Assembly: GCA_964395055.1 (NCBI GenBank)
Contig: CAYNAA010000004.1
Location: forward strand, 1,830-65,829
Length of the DNA: 64,000 nucleotides
Direction: 5' to 3'
Origin: an uncultured Candidatus Izemoplasmatales bacterium
GTDB lineage: Bacteria; Bacillota_I; Bacilli_A; Izemoplasmatales; Izemoplasmataceae
Positions within the stretch are counted from its first letter, which is position 1, and each line of letters opens with the position of its first letter. Of this stretch, positions 58,813-64,000 are shown one piece after another. The position numbers and the translations under genes were made by a program. The notes below the pieces were generated by a model, which saw nothing but the letters and a program-made list of their open reading frames with translations, ran no database searches and was not told the DNA's origin.

Positions 58813-59547
58813 TTTCTGCTTCCTCGTAATCGATTAACTCACTAAATGCAATCATGTGTGCTTGCGTCACAGCTGAGCATTCATCCCAAGTATCTTCAAC
58901 TCCAGGAGGTCTCACATTAAGTCTCCAACAGCTTTTCCAAATCGCAAACAACATTGTTCGGCCTTTTGGAGTAACTGGATTAGTTACTCTGATCGGCTCA
59001 TAGCTAAAAAATTATCACGTGCCTCTTGAATTACTGCATCACTTAAACTATTCACCCGCATAGTCTCAGACAAAATACGAGTTAATTGTGCCTCAACAAA
59101 ACCATTCAACTCACGTAATTCATCACGCCAATTAGCAAACGTTTCTGGGTCTTTTAGATCAACTTTTTCCCATTCGATTGGTTCTCGTTCAATAGTATTT
59201 TTTATTTTCGTAGGAGAAAGAAGTGGAGTTGTTTCAGTATCAATATAATCGGGATTCTCGACCTCAACTTCTTTCTCAAGACCTACTTCTTTAAGGCTAT
59301 TTAGAACAATCCAATCTGTAAATTTTTCAGAATGAGCAGACAATAATTCTTGATATCGTTTATTGTCAGTTAGAGGATGCTCATTTCCTGGAGCACCCCC
59401 TACTGGTGCTTTAGGGGGTGGACAAACTTGATCGAAATCTGCATAAGAAGCAACAGGTCGAAAGATTAAATACAATGTTCCCTCCGGCGTTTGAATAGGT
59501 AACACCGATTCATTGTTGCTTTGAATTCTTATACCTTTGATCTTCAT
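58790..59547 (-). CDS. tail assembly chaperone frameshift product (GT-like)
   Basis: After a -1 slip at T_TTT_TTA, the -1 frame stays open for 70 codons (SYEPIRVTNPVTPKGRTMLFAIW...AVPWNF). This fills the otherwise non-coding gap 58813-58983. Confidence 0.55.
58984..59547 (-). CDS. tail assembly chaperone (G-like)
   Basis: Lies between the tube gene and the tape measure. A slippery heptamer sits 6 codons before its stop. Confidence 0.65.
   Translation of the reverse strand: MKIKGIRIQSNNESVLPIQTPEGTLYLIFRPVASYADFDQVCPPPKAPVGGAPGNEHPLTDNKRYQELLSAHSEKFTDWIVLNSLKEVGLEKEVEVENPDYIDTETTPLLSPTKIKNTIEREPIEWEKVDLKDPETFANWRDELRELNGFVEAQLTRILSETMRVNSLSDAVIQEARDNFLAMSRSE
59005..59011 (-). other. programmed -1 ribosomal frameshift site (T_TTT_TTA)
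   Basis: Zero frame reads AAT TTT TTA, a canonical X_XXY_YYZ heptamer in the correct register. Confidence 0.6.
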
Positions 59548-59573
59548 ACTAAAATTCTCCCGCCAAGTTTTTA

Positions 59574-60257
59574 TTAGATTTCTTCTCGTGGATCATCCGG
59601 CCAAAAAGCTGCATCATTAAGATCAAGAGGCTCAGCATCCACAGCTTTAACATAACCAAAGCTGCCACCTGAACCGCCACTTGCATCAATACGTTTTGGA
59701 ATTGGTCGAAGGACATGACACTTACCACTTACGTCAATTGTACCTCCATTAATATCCACATTGATGCTATCAGTACGGAAATAACGGAAAAGCGTTGCTT
59801 CACCATGTGCAGAAGTGTTAGGACAATCCATAGCCGGATTATTATGTAATTCTAATTCGGCCGCATATGGGGGGCAACCATAAGTAGCTAACCAATTTTC
59901 AACAGCGCCAACGAAAATTGGATTTGCATCTGGGTCACCAAAATCATGTCCATCAAGAATTTCATGGACAGTATAATTTTCGTCACCGTTTGTCTTTGTG
60001 AAGGTAAATTTACCCTGGAAAGAAACTTCTAAAGGCGCTTCATCGCCTTTACGAACATCATCAAGAACACCTCGATCAAGCATATATTCTTGATTCTTGG
60101 TCATGTTCCAGGTGAAATTACCTTCACCAAACTTGAGTCCCAAATAGGTATCACAACGATCACCCGGAGCATATACTCCTGAAGCTTTTGTCTTCAGAAA
60201 GAGTACATGATTTTTTAGGGTAGTTTGTGTACCTTTTTGCTGTGAATTTGCCATCAC
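59574..60257 (-). CDS. major tail (tube) protein
   Basis: 227 aa, immediately upstream of the G/GT chaperone pair, which is the canonical siphovirus order. Confidence 0.55.
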   Translation of the reverse strand: MMANSQQKGTQTTLKNHVLFLKTKASGVYAPGDRCDTYLGLKFGEGNFTWNMTKNQEYMLDRGVLDDVRKGDEAPLEVSFQGKFTFTKTNGDENYTVHEILDGHDFGDPDANPIFVGAVENWLATYGCPPYAAELELHNNPAMDCPNTSAHGEATLFRYFRTDSINVDINGGTIDVSGKCHVLRPIPKRIDASGGSGGSFGYVKAVDAEPLDLNDAAFWPDDPREEI

Positions 60258-60265
60258 TTTTTCTC

Positions 60266-60709
60266 CTATTGCTCAATAACAAGGCTTAAATCAGTTTCTA
60301 TTGTTCCCATTTCAAGGGGGACAGAAGCTCGAACAACTCCTCGGTATTTGTTTTTGACCGCAATACCTTGTAGGCATTGTCCAAATTCCAAAACAGGGAT
60401 AGCTTTCCGTGCAGCCGCCATAAAGACGCCTGCAATTTCTGAGTAACGATAAATATTGTGGTTCTTTTCAGATATTTCTAGGAAAAGATCAATTCTTGCT
60501 TGTAACAATGCGCGAATATCTCTTCCTTCTTCCTGAAAGAAAGGCCCAAAAGTCTTTATCTCTACTCGTTCGTCTTCTGATTCAATTGGATTACGCTGTC
60601 CTTCAAATCGAGCTTCAAGATCAATTGACTCAGCGGCCCGAGTGAAGTGAACATTCACAGCCTGTATGAGCCATTTAATCCATTGATCTTGTGTATCAAA
60701 TGCACCCAT
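60266..60709 (-). CDS. head-tail joining / tail terminator-like protein
   Basis: Size and position only. Confidence 0.35.
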   Translation of the reverse strand: MGAFDTQDQWIKWLIQAVNVHFTRAAESIDLEARFEGQRNPIESEDERVEIKTFGPFFQEEGRDIRALLQARIDLFLEISEKNHNIYRYSEIAGVFMAAARKAIPVLEFGQCLQGIAVKNKYRGVVRASVPLEMGTIETDLSLVIEQ

Positions 60710-60715
60710 AGCAGT

Positions 60716-61105
60716 TTACTCTTTCCTAAAAGCCAAGTTTTTGACTTTCAGTTCATAGATACCTTCATCACGAATATCTTGGGCATCCTCTACTCTAAAA
60801 GTATGCCCAGCTACAGTTAAATCTGATCCAATTAATTTATCTAAATCTTCACATACATGGGCATCTATTAAAATAATGCTTCCTCCTTGAGCAAACCAAT
60901 TGCCATAATTAAAGTCACTGTTTCGCATATTGGCTGCGTATGCAGAAGAAAATGTGATCGGAAGAAGAACGACTCTCTCAATTTCTTTTTCCTCTACATC
61001 GAGTTCTTCCATACCAGAAACAGGATTAATCCTAGAATCTTTAACAATAGAAGATATCCCTAATTCTCCATACTCACGTAACAGCCAATATACGAAATCA
61101 GTCAT
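60716..61105 (-). CDS. head-tail connector/adaptor-like protein
   Basis: Size and position only. Confidence 0.35.
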   Translation of the reverse strand: MTDFVYWLLREYGELGISSIVKDSRINPVSGMEELDVEEKEIERVVLLPITFSSAYAANMRNSDFNYGNWFAQGGSIILIDAHVCEDLDKLIGSDLTVAGHTFRVEDAQDIRDEGIYELKVKNLAFRKE

Positions 61106-61367
61106 TTTTATGTTTCTCCCATAAGCAAGGACGTAAGCTTAATGCTTCCAATGCTTCTGTGTTATGTCTTAAAGCATCTACAACTTGTGTTATATTGTTC
61201 ATTAGGTGTGTCCTAATAAATACTTCATACTCTGAAAGTTTTGCTGATAATTGTTCTTCTCTCTTGAAATCACGATATATAAAGAATATTATAACTAAAG
61301 CCAATGGGCCGGCTTCAGTAATTATTTTTTCCCAAAAAGCCGGTTCCATCTTTACCTCCTTACCCAA
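61098..61367 (-). CDS. single-pass membrane/coiled-coil protein inside the head module
   Basis: AGPLALVIIFFIY forms a hydrophobic helix, followed by a helical charged region. Confidence 0.45.
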   Translation of the reverse strand: MGKEVKMEPAFWEKIITEAGPLALVIIFFIYRDFKREEQLSAKLSEYEVFIRTHLMNNITQVVDALRHNTEALEALSLRPCLWEKHKND

Positions 61368-61797
61368 TACGGAATGCTTCGATCAAAATATCTTCATCTA
61401 ATGCATCGCCATCCCAATTAAAATAAATCTTGGAATCAGCGAATTCATAATTCATAGAAAAGGGGCCAAGGATTACTGTTTCACCAGCAGCGATATCAAT
61501 AGTAGGTTCTACCACTTCAATTTCGACCCCATCTTCCTTGATAACAGCAGACATTTCTGGTGTTACCGTGATACTATCAGTATCATCGGTATTCATGATC
61601 GCAATAACAAGTTTATTACGAATATTGACTAAGAAATTACCGTTTGTCTTGTCAATATTCTGTGGGTTATCATCAAGAAGATGAATGCCACTTGTAGAAT
61701 TCATCTTCTTATGTTCAGAACCCTCAGGTCCAGTTTTTGCGATTTCAACTTCATCGCCCGTAGGTTCATAACCACCAATCTGTGGATACCATTTCAT
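61360..61797 (-). CDS. virion protein with N-terminal YPQIG tag (possible capsid decoration)
   Basis: MKWYPQIGGYEPTG... Immediately downstream of the capsid gene. Confidence 0.4.
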   Translation of the reverse strand: MKWYPQIGGYEPTGDEVEIAKTGPEGSEHKKMNSTSGIHLLDDNPQNIDKTNGNFLVNIRNKLVIAIMNTDDTDSITVTPEMSAVIKEDGVEIEVVEPTIDIAAGETVILGPFSMNYEFADSKIYFNWDGDALDEDILIEAFRIG

Positions 61798-61808
61798 GAT
61801 TTTCTTCC

Positions 61809-63191
61809 TTATGAGATGAAGATGCCGCCATAGCGACGATCAAGGGTTTTTACTGCACAAAGGGTGTCAAGAGTTACGATATCTCGCATCTTCATCATAT
61901 CATAACCAAAGGTAACACGCAGTGCAATTCCATTCATAACCGCAATGCCTGAACGAACACTTTCACTTGGCGGCGCTAAGGGGCGATTCACAAAGGTAAT
62001 TGCATCTTGGATGAATGCGGGATTGTAATTGCCACGCGGGAAAAGGGCGACAGTGGCTCCATGTGCAACAGCATTATCCAAGGGACGATTCAGGAGCATA
62101 CGATTATTACTTGTATCAACTGCCATAATCGTATACACAACATCGGAATTACCAAAAGATACACCCTGGCCAATCTTCGGGTGCGGATCAATACCATCAT
62201 ATTGAATCTCATCACCATACTGGAAAGCATACGTGCCGCCAGAAGGATGATTAATTGTTCCGGTATCCCAAACTTCAACTGCATCATCATCAGCCACAGC
62301 CTTGTGAAGTCCGGGACTAATTGTGATTTCAGTACATGGATCACCAGATGCTCCGGTAATGCGATAAGGAATACCATTAATCAGGCACCACGAACCATTA
62401 GTAAGTGCCCCACCAAAAGTATCAACAGTTAAAGTGGTAGAGCCAGTGGCATAACCATCACCATTATTAATTGCACCACTCGATGTACTTTGTCCAGCAG
62501 AAATCTCTGCTACCTGGCTGCCTTCATTAACATTGAAACTCCGAAGACGCCCAAGTAAGCCATTTTGAATGGCTCCAACCGCTGCCGCATTATTGAGTTT
62601 ATCAGCTTCAACAAACCGATCAACATCTAGCAACAGTTTATCGGTAGCAGGACCAACAATGAGCTGTCGCCCATTATTAGGAATATTGCGACGCTGGAAA
62701 TGTTCGCGCAGATCAAGCATTGCTGCATCGGCATTCCCTGAAGTCAATCCTACTGATCCTGCAACCTGGCTATGGAATTGATAAGTCTCACCAAGGAGAA
62801 CTTGATCGATACCTCCAGAAAGTGCATCTGCTGCTTTCACTATGAATTTTTCACGGAGATTTGAAAAAGTAGAACGCTTATCCGCATCATCCAAATAGAA
62901 TGAAACGTGTAAATGTTGGTTCAGCCGAATCGTATCTCCGCTTGTCGTGGCATCTTGCAATACGATGTCTTCATCTTTGAATTTGCGTTTCGTTGCAAAA
63001 CTGCCAGTACGGTTTAAATTAACAACATCACCTGCATTGGCGAAATATTGCTCATAATCCCGGTTTACCATCGGAAGCACTACGAGCTTTGCTGTCATTT
63101 CTCGTAAAGTTTCCATGGCCCACCATTCAGGGATCAAAGCAGCAAAGTCATTTGCACCAATCTGGGGGTATGTTTTTTGATTAACGTTCAT
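61809..63191 (-). CDS. major capsid protein with an internal two-module insertion
   Basis: 460 aa, directly after the scaffold-like coiled-coil gene. N-terminal MNVNQKTYPQIG. Residues ~230-375 carry two copies of the module also found in the giant fibre. Confidence 0.65.
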   Translation of the reverse strand: MNVNQKTYPQIGANDFAALIPEWWAMETLREMTAKLVVLPMVNRDYEQYFANAGDVVNLNRTGSFATKRKFKDEDIVLQDATTSGDTIRLNQHLHVSFYLDDADKRSTFSNLREKFIVKAADALSGGIDQVLLGETYQFHSQVAGSVGLTSGNADAAMLDLREHFQRRNIPNNGRQLIVGPATDKLLLDVDRFVEADKLNNAAAVGAIQNGLLGRLRSFNVNEGSQVAEISAGQSTSSGAINNGDGYATGSTTLTVDTFGGALTNGSWCLINGIPYRITGASGDPCTEITISPGLHKAVADDDAVEVWDTGTINHPSGGTYAFQYGDEIQYDGIDPHPKIGQGVSFGNSDVVYTIMAVDTSNNRMLLNRPLDNAVAHGATVALFPRGNYNPAFIQDAITFVNRPLAPPSESVRSGIAVMNGIALRVTFGYDMMKMRDIVTLDTLCAVKTLDRRYGGIFIS

Positions 63192-63192
63192 C

Positions 63193-64000
63193 TCAGCCTC
63201 CTACGAGCTTCTTATTGTTTTCACGCCACTTTTCATACAGAGCTGGATCAGAAAATACTTCTTCTGGCGGCATTCCGTTTTCACTCGATCCACCCTTCCC
63301 ATAGAAGGTTTGAAGTCCTACCCCTCCTGTTTCATCGCTTTTGAAAAGATTTCCAAAACGTTCAGGAAGCTCACGCATACGTTTCACTGCGGCTTTGATA
63401 GGTAGTTTCTTGGTTACAGGGTTGCCTTCTTCGTCGACATCCTGAAAGGTCGCCACTGCTTCAAATTGTCCCTTAATCGGTTTACCATCGTCATCGAGTT
63501 TCGGGACAAGTTCAGCATTCATCCTAATAAGACCATACATTTGTTCATAAGAGACTGCATTATTCTCTTCACAAGCGCCTCTGATCTCATTAGCAATACG
63601 TTCCTCATGCCAAAGTGATTGAATTTCATCACGTTCAGCCGCGAGTTTTTTGGTTTCGGTATCAAGTTTCTTTTTTAATTGAGTTACTTCTGTTGTTAAC
63701 TGTTCTTCTTTGGTTTGACTCTGAGATTTTAAGGCATTAATTCGCTGCTCTAATTCTTCTTTCATCTGCTCACTTGTACTTTTATCAGCTCTTAAATTTT
63801 CTAATTGCTGGATTAATTCACTATTTTTTGCATTGGCTTTTTTACGTGCTTCCCCTACTTCATAACTAAATTGATCTTGGGTTAAAAGACGATTACCTTC
63901 AGGGTCTTTGTAAAATACCCGGCCCTTGTCGTCCTTTTCTGCAGTAATAGTAATTTTGCTGGCGCCTTTTTCTCCACCTTCTTCTCCACCTTCATCTTCA
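63193..64000 (-). CDS. scaffolding-like coiled-coil protein; N-terminal end beyond the right window edge
   Basis: The frame of track ORF 63193-63765 stays open upstream to base 64000 (...EDEGGEEGGEKGASKITITAEKDDKGRVFYKDPEG...). Heptad-rich and located before the capsid gene. Confidence 0.55.
   Translation of the reverse strand, partial: EDEGGEEGGEKGASKITITAEKDDKGRVFYKDPEGNRLLTQDQFSYEVGEARKKANAKNSELIQQLENLRADKSTSEQMKEELEQRINALKSQSQTKEEQLTTEVTQLKKKLDTETKKLAAERDEIQSLWHEERIANEIRGACEENNAVSYEQMYGLIRMNAELVPKLDDDGKPIKGQFEAVATFQDVDEEGNPVTKKLPIKAAVKRMRELPERFGNLFKSDETGGVGLQTFYGKGGSSENGMPPEEVFSDPALYEKWRENNKKLVGG

Overview
The window is a contiguous piece of an AT-rich tailed dsDNA phage or prophage genome. 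G+C is roughly 32-40% by hand counts. All functional calls come from motifs read by eye in the ORF translations and the DNA; no similarity search, HMM search or statistics were run.

There are three transcription blocks:
- Block 1, 26969 down to 1, minus strand. This is the early and replication arm. It encodes three ParB/Srx-like proteins, an SNF2 helicase, a DEDDh exonuclease, a family-A DNA polymerase, a VRR-NUC nuclease, a dNMP kinase, a sigma factor, a UvrD-like helicase, a HAD nucleotidase, an ATP-dependent ligase, RNase H, an amidase endolysin and a PD-(D/E)XK nuclease. It also carries tRNA-Leu(UAA) and many small ORFs.
- Block 2, 27419-32377, plus strand. It encodes a primase-helicase, a Dam-type methylase and a catalytically degenerate paralogue of the exonuclease.
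- Block 3, 64000 down to 32313, minus strand. This is a siphovirus-type virion block: scaffold, major capsid, head-tail genes, tail tube, a G/GT chaperone pair with a -1 frameshift site, a 1996-aa tape measure, a 3419-aa repeat-rich fibre-like giant, further tail proteins and a spanin-like pair. A spanin-like lipoprotein, strong AGGAG Shine-Dalgarno sites and consensus TTGACA/TATAAT promoters point to a Gram-negative host.

Main unexplained signals:
- A 12-bp perfect palindrome, TAGAATATTCTA, has 16 exact copies and 5 near copies. It punctuates gene junctions of the early arm, supplies stop codons, sits just upstream of SD sites and of two promoter -35 boxes, and brackets both the tRNA and a GC-rich island.
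- An island of about 2.7 kb at roughly 55-68% G+C lies in a background of about 35%.
- Two repeat-dense regulatory regions stand out: twin palindromic operators around a consensus promoter, and an 8 x 14-bp array in a transcribed leader in front of a small gene plus a ParB-like gene.
- DnaJ-type CxxCxGxG zinc knuckles are grafted onto four different proteins.
- One ~55-65-aa module is shared by the capsid protein, the giant fibre and other tail proteins.
- Three virion proteins share an N-terminal YPQIG tag.
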